From: Spirulina sp.
GTDB taxonomy: Bacteria; Cyanobacteriota; Cyanobacteriia; Phormidesmidales; Phormidesmidaceae
Reading direction: 5' to 3'
DNA: 64,000 nucleotides
Assembly (NCBI GenBank): GCA_044070495.1
Contig: JBIPSI010000008.1
Coordinates: 64,001-128,000 of the forward strand
Numbering within the stretch: position 1 is the stretch's first letter; the number at the start of each line of letters is the position of its first letter. The notes under the pieces are model-generated. The model was not told the DNA's origin. It worked only from the letters and a program-made list of their open reading frames with translations, and made no database searches. This document shows positions 19,522 to 29,628 of this stretch, piece after piece. The translations under genes were made by a program, and so were the position numbers.

Positions 19522-20325
19522 ATGACTCGTCGCTGGATTATTGGGCTATTGAGCCTTGTTCTTGTGGTGGCTGGCTGGGCTAGTCGTCCGGCCCAGGCCA
19601 CGGTGCCCCTGCAACCGGTGAGTCAGGTTGTGGGGTTACCGCCCCTGCCCACCATGGCCACAGACCTAGAACCTCGCAAAGCCCTGGAGACTGGCCCGAC
19701 GGATTTTAAGCCCACCGAGGTGCCCCAGTTGGCCCAGGCGACCCCCCGGCAGGTCGTGGCCCTGGCGGATCCCAGCAACTATGGGGATCGCTTTGCCACC
19801 GATGCCAATGGCCAGGCGGTCACCCACGAGTTCATTGCGGTGCTCCATGAAACGGTGGGGTCGGCCCAGAGCGCCATCAACCTCTTTCGCACCCACCATC
19901 CCCGCGATGCCGACCAGGTCAGCTACCATGCCCTAATTGGCCGGGATGGCACGATCTATTACATTGTGCCGCCAGAAAAGCGGGCCTTTGGTGCAGGCAA
20001 TTCCGTCTTTAATGGCCCCAACGGCCCAGAGACCGTGCGCACCAACCCCAATTTTCCCCCGTCGGTCAACAACTTTGCCTACCACGTTTCCCTAGAAACC
20101 CCCGGCGATGGCATGAACAATCGCCGCAGCCACAGTGGCTACACCCCAGCCCAATACACCTCCCTGGCTTGGCTCTTGGCCCAAACCACCATCCCCGACA
20201 ACCGCATCACCACCCATCAGGCGGTGGATCGATCCAACAGTCGGATGGATCCGCGCAGCTTCAGCAGCCAGCAGTTTTTCTCCCTGCTGCGGCAATATCC
20301 CACCCGATCAGGGCTATCGGGCTAG
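19522..20325 (+). CDS. N-acetylmuramoyl-L-alanine amidase (Amidase_2)
   Basis: Signal peptide, VLHETVGS, SYHALIGRDG, RAFGAG, SVNNFAYHVSLE, ITTHQAVD...DP. Confidence 0.9.
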   Translation: MTRRWIIGLLSLVLVVAGWASRPAQATVPLQPVSQVVGLPPLPTMATDLEPRKALETGPTDFKPTEVPQLAQATPRQVVALADPSNYGDRFATDANGQAVTHEFIAVLHETVGSAQSAINLFRTHHPRDADQVSYHALIGRDGTIYYIVPPEKRAFGAGNSVFNGPNGPETVRTNPNFPPSVNNFAYHVSLETPGDGMNNRRSHSGYTPAQYTSLAWLLAQTTIPDNRITTHQAVDRSNSRMDPRSFSSQQFFSLLRQYPTRSGLSG

Positions 20326-20364
20326 GGGCATGACCTATCCCAGAGGATTCACTGGCCCAGAGGA

Positions 20365-21147
20365 TTACCTGGCCCAGTGAATGGTGCGCTTTTCCACGAG
20401 GGCAAAGCAGCCGTAGAGCAAGATACCCATGGCCGCTAAGGACAAAATCGCTAGGAAGGCGAGGGCCACATTGAAGCTGGCGCTGGCGGAGACAATCACA
20501 TAGCCAATGCCCCGATCCGAGGCCACGGTTTCGGAGATCACCGACCCGATGAAGGCCTGGGAAATGGCGACCTTGAGGGAGGCAAACAGGTAGGGCAGGG
20601 AATGGGGAAAGCCCACCTTTTGAAAGATTTCCCAGCGGCTAGCCCCCAGGGATCGCAGCACATCCTGCATTTCGGGTTCCACGGTGGCCAACCCCGCCGC
20701 CACGTTCACCACAATGGGAAAAAAGGCCAGGGTAAAGGCGGTGATGATGGCGGGAATGGCCCCAATGCCAAACCAGATGGCCAATAGCGGCACCAGCGCC
20801 ACCTTGGGAATGGTGTTAAAGCCCACCAGCAGGGGGTAAAGCACCAGGTAGGCCAGGCGAGAATAGCCAATTAAGAAGCCCAGCACTACCCCTAGCCCCA
20901 GCCCCAGAAAAAATCCGGTTAGCGTAGTGCTGAGGGTAATCAGACTGTGCTTCCAGATGGTGGCCCCGTAGTTCTGGGCGGCCTCCCACACATCGCTGGG
21001 GGCGGGCAGCAAAAACTGAGGAATCTGAAAAATCCGAGTGCTGGCCTCCCAAAGGATGAGCAGCAGCAGCGTGGCCACGGCGGGCAACACATAGGCGGCT
21101 TGTTTACGCTTGAGATAGCGGTTAAAGGATTGAATCAACGACGACAC
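20365..21147 (-). CDS. NitT/TauT-family ABC transporter permease
   Basis: LLPAPSDV, IPKVALVPLLAIWFG, RSLGASRWEIFQKV. Confidence 0.9.
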   Translation of the reverse strand: MSSLIQSFNRYLKRKQAAYVLPAVATLLLLILWEASTRIFQIPQFLLPAPSDVWEAAQNYGATIWKHSLITLSTTLTGFFLGLGLGVVLGFLIGYSRLAYLVLYPLLVGFNTIPKVALVPLLAIWFGIGAIPAIITAFTLAFFPIVVNVAAGLATVEPEMQDVLRSLGASRWEIFQKVGFPHSLPYLFASLKVAISQAFIGSVISETVASDRGIGYVIVSASASFNVALAFLAILSLAAMGILLYGCFALVEKRTIHWAR

Positions 21148-21349
21148 AACCTTGAGTCTCCCTGGGTCTGCGGTTGAACAATGGCTCCATCAACGACAGG
21201 ATGGAGGCGCTACGGCCCTAATGTTATGGGGCGATGACTCCCCCAAACTGCTCAAACCGGACAATCTGCCCGCCTGCCAGGATCGCCCATCAGACCGCTA
21301 CAGCTGGACGGGCGGGGCCTAGGACATGGATGGGGAATCCTCAGACCGC

Positions 21350-23965
21350 CTAAGATTCCTTGGCGAGGGGCCAGTCGGACACGATGGGCACCTGTTCTGG
21401 GTCGGCCCAGAGGATGAGTTTGGGGTCGTAGGGGCTGGTGAGGGAAGAGTGCTGGGGCAAAATCCGCAGGGAGATGCCCTGGAGGCCGCTGGAGGTATAT
21501 TCCACCTCGGTGGCGTAGAGGCTGTGGCCCTGGTCGTCTTGGCCTTGGTAGGTCATGGGGGTGGCGGTGCCGCTGTGGATTTCGCCATCGACGGCCACGC
21601 TACCCCGGTACAGTTCCACCTGCACATCGTCGGGGGTAATGGCCCCCAGTTGCAGGCGGGTCGAAACCTTAAGGGGCTGATTGACGCGCAGGTCGGCGGC
21701 TTCGGAGATGGCGATTTCCTCGAACCGAATGTCGTACCAGTGTTCCACCAAGCGAGACTGCCACACCGCCAGTTCCTTGCCGGGGCCATAGTTTTGGGAC
21801 ACCAGTTTGTGGGCGCGGTCGCTGGCGGCAAAGTAGCCCTGGCTAGCGTAGTTCTTCACCATGCGGGCGGTGTTGAACTGGGGGGTATTTAAGTAGATGG
21901 CCTCCTTCATTTTGGCTACCCAGCCGCGAGGGATTTCGTCCTTGTCGCGGTCGTAGAACAGGGGCACCACTTCTTTTTCCAGGATTTCGTAGAGGGCGTT
22001 GGCTTCTACATCGTCCTGGTAGTCGGGGTCTTCGTAGTCTTCGCCGTGGCCAATGGGCCAGCCGGTGCGGATGTAGTCGGCCTCATCCCACCAGCCATCC
22101 AGCACACTGAGGTTGGGTAGGCCGTTCATGGCCGCCTTCATGCCGCTGGTGCCGCTGGCCTCGCGGGGGCGGCGGGGGGTATTGAGCCACACATCGCAGC
22201 CCGCTACCATATCCCGCGACAGGTGAATATCGTAGTTGGGCACAAACACGATGGATCGATTCAGGCCGTGGTCGCGGGTAAAGTGGATGATGCTGCGGAT
22301 CAGTTCTTTGCCGGGAATGTCTTTGGGGTGGGCCTTTCCGGCGATCACAAACTGCACGCGGCGGTGGGTACCGTTGCCGTTGATGATTTTTTGGATGCGG
22401 TCGAGATCGCGCAGAAACAGGGTGGCCCGTTTGTAGGTGGCAAAGCGACGGGCAAAGCCAATGGTGAGCACAAAGGGATCGAGGCGTTCCTGGGCTTCGG
22501 TCAGTTCCCGCGTCGATCCCCCCCGTTCTAGCAGGTTTTTGGCCAGCCGTTCCCGCACCACCATCACCAAGTGCGACCGACATTGCTCGTGGTTGCGCCA
22601 GATTTCTTCGTCGGGGATGCTGTGGACGCGCTCCCACAGAGCCGCCTCCGGACTGGCCTGAGACCAGTTGGGGCCAAGGTAGCGGTCGTAGAGGGCCTGG
22701 GTGGAACGGGCCACACAACTGCGGGCATGGACGCCATTGGTAATGGCGCGAATGGGCACCTCATCCAGGGGCAGATCGACCCAGAGATCGCCAAACATCT
22801 CCTGGGATACTTGGCCATGGAGCTGGCTCACCCCGTTGACGAAGGTGGCGGTTTTAATCGCCAGCACCGCCATGCTGAAGGGGGCAGAAAAATCTCCGGT
22901 GTGGGTGCGGCCCAGGGCCAAAAACTCGTCTTCCCCCAGGCCAAAGCGCTGGCAATAGTGGCCCAGGTAGTGCAGCACCTTGTCGGGCGGGAACAGGTCG
23001 ATCCCCGCCGGAACCGGGGTGTGGGTGGTAAACATTTGGCTGGCCTGGGCCACCTGAAGCGCCTCGGCAAAGGAAAGGCCGTCCTCCGCCATCAGCACCC
23101 GGATCCGCTCTAGGGCCATAAAGGCCGAGTGGCCCTCGTTCATGTGGTAGGCGGTGGGAGCAATGCCCAGGGCCTTCAGCATCCGAATGCCGCCAATCCC
23201 CAGCATGATTTCCTGGTGGATGCGCATATCGATGTCGCCACCGTAGAGGCGATCACAGATGTCCTGGTCGTACTGGTTGTTGGGTTCAATGTTGGTATCC
23301 AGCAAATACAGGGGCACCGTACCCACCTGCACCCGCCAAATTCGGGCATAGACCGTCCGCCCCGGATAGTCCACCTCAATGCGGATTTCGTTGTCGTCGT
23401 CGTCCCGTTCTAAATGCAGGGGCATGTTGTAGAAGTCGTTGATCGGGTAGCGCTCCTGCTGCCAGCCATCGGCATTGAGGTACTGGGCAAAGTAGCCCTC
23501 CTGGTACAGCAGCCCCACCCCCACCAAGGGCAAGCCCAAGTCGCTGGCCGACTTGAGGTGATCCCCCGCCAGCACCCCCAAGCCCCCGGAATAGACGGGC
23601 ATACAGGTGGTAAGGCCAAACTCCATGGAAAAGTAGGCGTAGCATTCCCCAGGTACCGAATTGGGCCGATGCTTTTTGTACCAGGGTCGCTCCTTCAGGT
23701 AGTCTTCTAGGCGCTGGGCGGCCCGATCCATCTGAGCCAAAAAGCCCTCATCCTCGGTAATTTCGTTCAGCCGTTCCTGGCCGATGGTACCCAGCATCAG
23801 TACCGGGTTGTAGCGGCTCGACTCCCACAGATCGGCATTCAGCCGCCGAAATAGGTCGGCCATCTCCATGTCCCAGTCCCAATGCAGGTTGTAGGCCAGG
23901 GTGCGCAAGGCCTCTAGGCGCTGGGGCAGGGCAGGGGTGACATTAAAGGTGCGAATCGGTCGCAT
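21350..23965 (-). CDS. glgP: Alpha-glucan (glycogen) phosphorylase
   Basis: YFSMEFGL, YSGGLGVLAGDHLKSASD, HMNEGH, GFARRFATYKR, EASGTSGMK. Confidence 0.97.
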   Translation of the reverse strand: MRPIRTFNVTPALPQRLEALRTLAYNLHWDWDMEMADLFRRLNADLWESSRYNPVLMLGTIGQERLNEITEDEGFLAQMDRAAQRLEDYLKERPWYKKHRPNSVPGECYAYFSMEFGLTTCMPVYSGGLGVLAGDHLKSASDLGLPLVGVGLLYQEGYFAQYLNADGWQQERYPINDFYNMPLHLERDDDDNEIRIEVDYPGRTVYARIWRVQVGTVPLYLLDTNIEPNNQYDQDICDRLYGGDIDMRIHQEIMLGIGGIRMLKALGIAPTAYHMNEGHSAFMALERIRVLMAEDGLSFAEALQVAQASQMFTTHTPVPAGIDLFPPDKVLHYLGHYCQRFGLGEDEFLALGRTHTGDFSAPFSMAVLAIKTATFVNGVSQLHGQVSQEMFGDLWVDLPLDEVPIRAITNGVHARSCVARSTQALYDRYLGPNWSQASPEAALWERVHSIPDEEIWRNHEQCRSHLVMVVRERLAKNLLERGGSTRELTEAQERLDPFVLTIGFARRFATYKRATLFLRDLDRIQKIINGNGTHRRVQFVIAGKAHPKDIPGKELIRSIIHFTRDHGLNRSIVFVPNYDIHLSRDMVAGCDVWLNTPRRPREASGTSGMKAAMNGLPNLSVLDGWWDEADYIRTGWPIGHGEDYEDPDYQDDVEANALYEILEKEVVPLFYDRDKDEIPRGWVAKMKEAIYLNTPQFNTARMVKNYASQGYFAASDRAHKLVSQNYGPGKELAVWQSRLVEHWYDIRFEEIAISEAADLRVNQPLKVSTRLQLGAITPDDVQVELYRGSVAVDGEIHSGTATPMTYQGQDDQGHSLYATEVEYTSSGLQGISLRILPQHSSLTSPYDPKLILWADPEQVPIVSDWPLAKES

Positions 23966-24327
23966 AGGATATCGAGCCAGAAAAACATCATGCTAACTAG
24001 GCCCATTGTGACCCCGATTCATCGATTCTTCAGGAGGTTTAAGAGTCTTTTCGCAGATCCCCGCCCCATCTGCCGCCGCTCACCCCGATTCCGTCGCACC
24101 CTAGCGCGATCAGAGATTTTACAGAGACTTACCCTTAACCATCCTAAAAAATAGCCATTTAGACCGATTGCGGCTGGGGATCAATTTCAGGAATAATTGG
24201 AATGAGTTAAAAAACGTTAGCCTTCCCTAGCCTCAGTTTCTCGACGGATGGCCATTTCATGGCCATGGTCGTCGGGGAATCGCGTTAGGCTGGGAAGCAT
24301 TACATAGCCAGTTTTGAGGAATCGATT

Positions 24328-24465
24328 ATGAACCGACCTGCCACCAGCACCGGGGTAACCACCACCGCCCAAAATTCCCACCGCCCCGATGTTGAGTTTG
24401 ACCAATGGGCCAAGGCTGTTCGCCAGCAGATGGTGGCTGCCCTCAAGCGCCGGGGCAATGCTTAA
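24328..24465 (+). CDS. 45-aa small protein, below the ORF-track cutoff
   Basis: GAGGA RBS at 24316-24320. MNRPATSTGVTTTAQNSHRPDVEFDQWAKAVRQQMVAALKRRGNA*, with an amphipathic C-terminal helix. Confidence 0.65.
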   Translation: MNRPATSTGVTTTAQNSHRPDVEFDQWAKAVRQQMVAALKRRGNA

Positions 24466-25586
24466 TACAGCTCATACTTCATCCACTGGCAGGGAATGGT
24501 GCCGTTATTCACCGACCAACGCTGGGCGGATTTGAGGCCAATGGTGCGGGCCAGTTCTTTGTTGCCGCTGAGGACAAAGGCCGTCCAGCCCTTGAACCGC
24601 TGTTTCAGCACATCCCCCAGCAGCCGATAGAAGGCCGCTAGGTCGTCATCCTGGCCTAGGCGTTCTCCGTAGGGTGGGTTGCAAAGAATGTAGCCCTGGT
24701 CGGCGGGGGCAGCCAAGTCTTCCAGTTCCTGCACAAAAAACTGGATCTGATCCGCCAAGCCACAGCGTTCGGCGTTGCCCTGGGCCTGCTGGATAACGGA
24801 TTCATCGCGATCACAGCCCCACACTAGGGTGCTCAAGGTGCCCCCGTGGCTGGCGTCGGCTTCTTGGCAGAGGTCGTCCCACAACTCGGCGTCAAAATCG
24901 GGCCAGGTTTGGAAACCAAAGGATTCCCGAAACAATCCCGGCGCAATGCCCAAGGCCGCCAGACTGGCCTCTAGGGGCAAAGTGCCCGATCCGCAGAGGG
25001 GATCAATCAGCGGCACCTCGCCCTTCCAGCCCGTCCACTGTACGAGGGCCGCCGCCAGGGTTTCCTTTAACGGAGCCGTCCCCACCGCCGCTCGATAGCC
25101 CCGCCGATGCAGGCTGTGGCCAGAGCTATCCAGACTAACCGTGTAGTGATCGCGGTTTAAGTGCACGTTCACCCGTACATCGGGCTGGTGGGCATCCACG
25201 CTGGAACGCTCGCCCCAGTGGTGGCGCTGCTGATCGACAATGGCATTTTTCACTTGCAGGGCGGTGAAATGGCTGTGGTTGAGCCGACGGTGCTGACCCG
25301 ACACATCCACCGCCAGGGTGCGATCCGGCGGCAGGTAGGGTCGCCAATCAATTTTCTGAATGCCCTGGTACAAATCCTCCGCATCCCCACAGGGGCCTTC
25401 CCCCAGCGGCACCAACACCCGAAAGGCCAGCCGCGACCACAGGTTCACCCGATACAGCAGCCCCATACTGCCCTGGAAGGCCACCCCACAAAAGCCCTCC
25501 TCCACCGCCTGCGCCCCCAAGGCGGTCAGTTCGGAAGCGGCTAGGGACTCTAGGCCATGGGCAACGGTGGCAAAATACTGGGGCAT
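24462..25586 (-). CDS. THUMP-domain class I SAM-dependent RNA methyltransferase (RlmL-like)
   Basis: SLHRRGYR, APLKETLAAAL, DPLCGSGT, NPPYGERL. Confidence 0.93.
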   Translation of the reverse strand: MPQYFATVAHGLESLAASELTALGAQAVEEGFCGVAFQGSMGLLYRVNLWSRLAFRVLVPLGEGPCGDAEDLYQGIQKIDWRPYLPPDRTLAVDVSGQHRRLNHSHFTALQVKNAIVDQQRHHWGERSSVDAHQPDVRVNVHLNRDHYTVSLDSSGHSLHRRGYRAAVGTAPLKETLAAALVQWTGWKGEVPLIDPLCGSGTLPLEASLAALGIAPGLFRESFGFQTWPDFDAELWDDLCQEADASHGGTLSTLVWGCDRDESVIQQAQGNAERCGLADQIQFFVQELEDLAAPADQGYILCNPPYGERLGQDDDLAAFYRLLGDVLKQRFKGWTAFVLSGNKELARTIGLKSAQRWSVNNGTIPCQWMKYELY

Positions 25587-25774
25587 GGGGCAACGGCCAA
25601 AAACAGCGGGATAAAGGGAGGCCTAGTGTTTTGTTAAGACCTGTCCTTGGGATACTACCACTGGACAAAACCTAGGCTATTCTATTGATAATCCTTGCTA
25701 GCCACTAGCCGGGGTAATCCTGTGGGTCAAGGTGATTGGCCCCTTTCGCTGTCGAATTCTTGGAGGAACGACTT

Positions 25775-26260
25775 ATTTCTAAGACTCAACTGGTCAACCG
25801 GCAAATTCGGTCACCTCAGGTGCTGCTGATCGATCATGAAAACCAAAATCAAGGGCTCGTAGATACCCGCGACGCGCTTAAGCTCGCCGAGGATCAGGGG
25901 CTTGATTTGGTTGTGGTTTCCAATGGCAAAGATGCCCCCGTTGCCAAAATTCTTGACTACGGCAAGCTTCAGTATCAGCAGAGTAAGCGCCAAAAGCAAA
26001 GCTCCAAGCCTTCGCTGAAGGAAGTTAAGCTGCGTCCCAACGTGGGTGAGTCCGACTACCAGCTCCGCATTAAGCGAACGGTGGAGTGGCTGTCTAAGGG
26101 AGACTCGGTGAAATTTATTATTCGGCTGCGGGGTCGCGAGCACCAGCACCGAGACCGGGCCGGAGAACTGCTAGACCGGATTGTGCAGGATATCGGCGAT
26201 GCGGGCAAGGTGCAAGCCCTGGATAAGCGTGCCTTAGTGCTGATGATTACCCCGGCCTAG
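25775..26260 (+). CDS. infC: Translation initiation factor IF-3 with ATT start
   Basis: GLDLVVVS...PVAKILDYGK, KEVKLRPNV, RLRGRE. GGAGG at 25762-25766 lies 8 nt before an in-frame ATT at 25775. Confidence 0.92.
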   Translation: MSKTQLVNRQIRSPQVLLIDHENQNQGLVDTRDALKLAEDQGLDLVVVSNGKDAPVAKILDYGKLQYQQSKRQKQSSKPSLKEVKLRPNVGESDYQLRIKRTVEWLSKGDSVKFIIRLRGREHQHRDRAGELLDRIVQDIGDAGKVQALDKRALVLMITPA

Positions 26261-26322
26261 GTGAGCGTTTCTCTAAACCAATCACGTCCGTAGGATGGGC
26301 AGCGGGTTGACCGTTGCCCATT

Positions 26323-26360
26323 TTAGATCCCAGGGTTCTTTAAAGAACCCTGGGATCTAA
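26323..26360. terminator. Perfect 38-bp palindrome between convergent genes, candidate terminator or repeat
   Basis: TTAGATCCCAGGGTTCTTT/AAAGAACCCTGGGATCTAA. Confidence 0.6.
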
Positions 26361-26462
26361 CTACAGAGTACCTACCTGTAGTACGTGAGCTTGTATCCAA
26401 CTCGGCACGCCTAGGAGATTGACCTTGGCAATCACAGACACCGGGTTTCCGTATCGGCTGTC

Positions 26463-26843
26463 CTAGGGGGTGGCCCAGCCGAGGATGTGGGCGACCTCTT
26501 TCCATACCAGAAGGGGGTCGAAGGGTTTGGTAATGACACCAGCTACCCCTAGGCGGGCGAAGCGGGCTTGGTCGCTGGGAAGCACGCGGGCGGTGAGCAA
26601 AATGACGGGGATGGCGCAGGTGGTGGGGTTGGCCTGGAGCTTTTCGACGACGGTGACGCCATCCAGATCGGGCATGGACACATCGAGGACGATGGCATCC
26701 CAGGGCCGATGGCCCGCTAGTGCTAGGCCCTCCAGCCCCGACTTAGCTCCGGCGGTGTGCCAGTGGCCAAATTCCTCTAGGGAAAGGCAGACAACATCGC
26801 GAATGTCGGGTTCGTCGTCGATGACTAAAATCTGTTTAGCCAT
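26463..26843 (-). CDS. Single-domain response regulator (CheY-like)
   Basis: ILVIDDE, AIVLDVSMPDLDG, ILLTA, ITKPF. Confidence 0.93.
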   Translation of the reverse strand: MAKQILVIDDEPDIRDVVCLSLEEFGHWHTAGAKSGLEGLALAGHRPWDAIVLDVSMPDLDGVTVVEKLQANPTTCAIPVILLTARVLPSDQARFARLGVAGVITKPFDPLLVWKEVAHILGWATP

Positions 26844-29607
26844 GGGACCTCGTGGGTAGGGTGAAATAGAAGGTGCTGCCTTCACCGAATACGCTCTCTA
26901 CCCAGATTTCCCCACCATGCTGGGCAATGATACTTTTGCAGATGGCCAATCCTAGCCCGGTGCCCCCCCGCTGACGCGAATCGGACACATCCACCTGCTG
27001 GAAGCGGTCAAAAATCACCTCACACTGATCGGCGGGAATTCCCCGCCCTTGGTCAGTGACGGAAAACTGTATGGTCGTGGGCGATACTGACTCGGCCCGT
27101 AGCCAGATCTCGCTACCGGCGGGGGAAAACTTAATGGCGTTGCTCAGCAGGTTCACCAGGGTTTGCACGATGGCGTCGGGGTCGGCCCAGAGGGTGGCCG
27201 AGGGGGAGCAGAAACGGAGTTGAATGCCGGATTCTAGGGCGAGGGCTTCGACACCCTCCATAGCCTGGGTCATCAATTGCAAGACCGAACAGTCTTCCTC
27301 AACCAGCTTTACCTTACCGGAGGCTAGCCGCTCTAGATTCAGAATATCGTTAACCATGCGAATGAGGCGGTCGGTGTTGGTCAGGGATACATTCAGCATG
27401 TGCTGGGCCTTGTCCGGGCGGTTTTGCAGCACCCCAGAATCGAGGATGCCCAAGGCTCCGCGAATGGCGGTGAGGGGGGTGCGCAGTTCGTGGCTGACCA
27501 TGGCGATGAATTCGTCCTTGAGGCGGTCAATCTTGTGGCGTTCGCTCATGTCCCGCACCACCACCAGCACCTCATCTTGGGTAACAGGCACAATCCGCGC
27601 CTCTTCCCAGTACTTCTGGCCCTCTACGGTAATTTCGTATTCCTGACGCTGGATGCTACCCGTTGTGAGGGCCAATTCAATGCAGTGCCGTCGCTCGGCG
27701 GCAATGGCGGGGGGCAACGCCTCATACATCGATTGCAGATGGGCGGTGCCCTTATCCCCAATCCAGTTGGCGGTCTCTAGGTTGTAGATTTCGAGGGGAA
27801 TGCCATCTCGGCCCAGCCGCATCAGCAGGTCGGGAATGGCGTTGATCAGCGCCTGCTTGGTGGCGTTGCCCTGGGCGATAGAGGCGGTTTGTTCGGCCAC
27901 CTGCTGCTCTAGTTCACGCTCGTAGTTGGCGCGTAGCGCCTCAGCTTGGCGACGCTCGGTAATATCCTGAAAGGCGGCGATGCAGTAGCGGATCTGCCCC
28001 CGGTCGTCCAACACGGGGATCGTATGCACCTCGATGGGAGTACGCTGGCCGTTGATATCAATCTCTAGGTTGTCGGTGTAGGCGGCTTTGCCTCGCAACC
28101 CTTTGGCCACGGGCAGATCCTCCACCGGGCAGAGTTCCTGGGTACCCGCTAGGTAGAGACCGTAGTCCTTAGGTAACTCCGCAAGGCTGCTGGGCAAAAT
28201 TCCCGCTGGCAAGATCTGCTGCCCCTTGTAGTTGAGAAATAGCATACGACCATCGGTATCGTGGACGCTGATGCCGACGGGCACCCCATCCAGGAAGATG
28301 GCTAAGGTATCTTCCCGGTGGCGCAGGGTTTGTAGGGAATTCATCAACTGCCAGAGCCGTTCGTCAAACTGCTGGCGTAGGGCATTGACTTCTTTAATAG
28401 AACTGGGCTGGCTGGGGGGCAGGGAGGGGGCATCAAGGGAGAAGGATTCCGTAGCCCGCTGGAGGTCTAGGATGGGCTTGGTGATCGTTTCAGCCGTCCA
28501 GATGCCGAGCCCCGTGGAACCCAGCAGGGCCAAGGCACAGAACAGGAGGGTGCGGGTGAGGTTGGCGTAGATGGTGGCCATGAACTCCTGGCTGGGGATG
28601 GCGGTCACCATCAGCCAGTCCAGATCCCCTTCCATGGGGCTAGCGTGGAGAAAATAGGGGCGGGATTCAAACCAAAAGGTGAAAAAGGTGGGGGATTTAA
28701 TATTGTTGAGGCGATAGTACTGACTCACCAAATGTTGCACCGCCGCCTTGGTCAGGGCATTGTCGCTTTGGTACCAGCGCAATTGGTGATATTGGGCTGG
28801 GGCATTGGGGGGCAGATCGCCCATCTCCTCGGTGAACAATAAGGATTCCCCAGTGGAGGTGGCCACCAGGGTGCCGTTGGTTGTGAGGAGAAGCACCTGT
28901 CCCTCGCGCTGGTATAACACCTGCTGCAACACCTGGCCGAGTTCTGGCAGCAACACCCCAGCGCTGGAGATCCCCTTTAATTCTTTCCGACGGTCGTAGA
29001 CCGGCTGGGATCGCACCATCGCCAAGAGCGGTTGATCGGAGCCTTGGTGCAGCGTCACCACGAGTTGCCAAAACCCCTTAGGAGCGCCCCTCGCCTCGCG
29101 ATACCACGCATCCTCTGGGGGATCGATGGGCAGGTAATCGTCGAAATAGGTCTCCAACAGACGGCGGTTTTGCCCGTCGGCATTGCCCCGGTAGTAGTAG
29201 TAGCTATCATCCTGGCGGGTGATGTTGCGGTGGCGGATGAGGGTGTCGTCGTTGGCTAGGCGCGACACCCCCAGAAATTCCCCGGTGGGGGTAGTCATCG
29301 TTAACTGGGTAATCTCTGGAAAACCCTGTACTTGCTGAAGAAAGCGAGTTTCTAGGTAGTCGAGGGGGGGCTGTCCTGGGTTGTTGAGCATCACTTGGGC
29401 ATTCATGCGAGTGATGGTCTGGGGTAACTGAAGGTAGGTGCCGAGGCTAGCCTCCACGCGCTGGCCCGTTTCTGCCATCAACTGGCTAACGATATCCTGC
29501 ACCGCCCGCTGTCCGCTACGGTAGGACACATACCCCACTAGCCCCGTGATGCCGAGCACTTGGAGGACAAAGGGAACAATCAGCAGGGTGCGCAGGGAAA
29601 CCGCCAT
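26836..29607 (-). CDS. Membrane sensor histidine kinase (Cache-like periplasmic domain, HAMP, PAS)
   Basis: Two TM helices, PAS-like segments, H-box VSHELRTPL, NLLSNAIKF, DQGRGIP, GGTGLGLAI. Confidence 0.93.
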   Translation of the reverse strand: MAVSLRTLLIVPFVLQVLGITGLVGYVSYRSGQRAVQDIVSQLMAETGQRVEASLGTYLQLPQTITRMNAQVMLNNPGQPPLDYLETRFLQQVQGFPEITQLTMTTPTGEFLGVSRLANDDTLIRHRNITRQDDSYYYYRGNADGQNRRLLETYFDDYLPIDPPEDAWYREARGAPKGFWQLVVTLHQGSDQPLLAMVRSQPVYDRRKELKGISSAGVLLPELGQVLQQVLYQREGQVLLLTTNGTLVATSTGESLLFTEEMGDLPPNAPAQYHQLRWYQSDNALTKAAVQHLVSQYYRLNNIKSPTFFTFWFESRPYFLHASPMEGDLDWLMVTAIPSQEFMATIYANLTRTLLFCALALLGSTGLGIWTAETITKPILDLQRATESFSLDAPSLPPSQPSSIKEVNALRQQFDERLWQLMNSLQTLRHREDTLAIFLDGVPVGISVHDTDGRMLFLNYKGQQILPAGILPSSLAELPKDYGLYLAGTQELCPVEDLPVAKGLRGKAAYTDNLEIDINGQRTPIEVHTIPVLDDRGQIRYCIAAFQDITERRQAEALRANYERELEQQVAEQTASIAQGNATKQALINAIPDLLMRLGRDGIPLEIYNLETANWIGDKGTAHLQSMYEALPPAIAAERRHCIELALTTGSIQRQEYEITVEGQKYWEEARIVPVTQDEVLVVVRDMSERHKIDRLKDEFIAMVSHELRTPLTAIRGALGILDSGVLQNRPDKAQHMLNVSLTNTDRLIRMVNDILNLERLASGKVKLVEEDCSVLQLMTQAMEGVEALALESGIQLRFCSPSATLWADPDAIVQTLVNLLSNAIKFSPAGSEIWLRAESVSPTTIQFSVTDQGRGIPADQCEVIFDRFQQVDVSDSRQRGGTGLGLAICKSIIAQHGGEIWVESVFGEGSTFYFTLPTRSHG

Positions 29608-29628
29608 GGATCCTTAGCCAGTCCTTCG

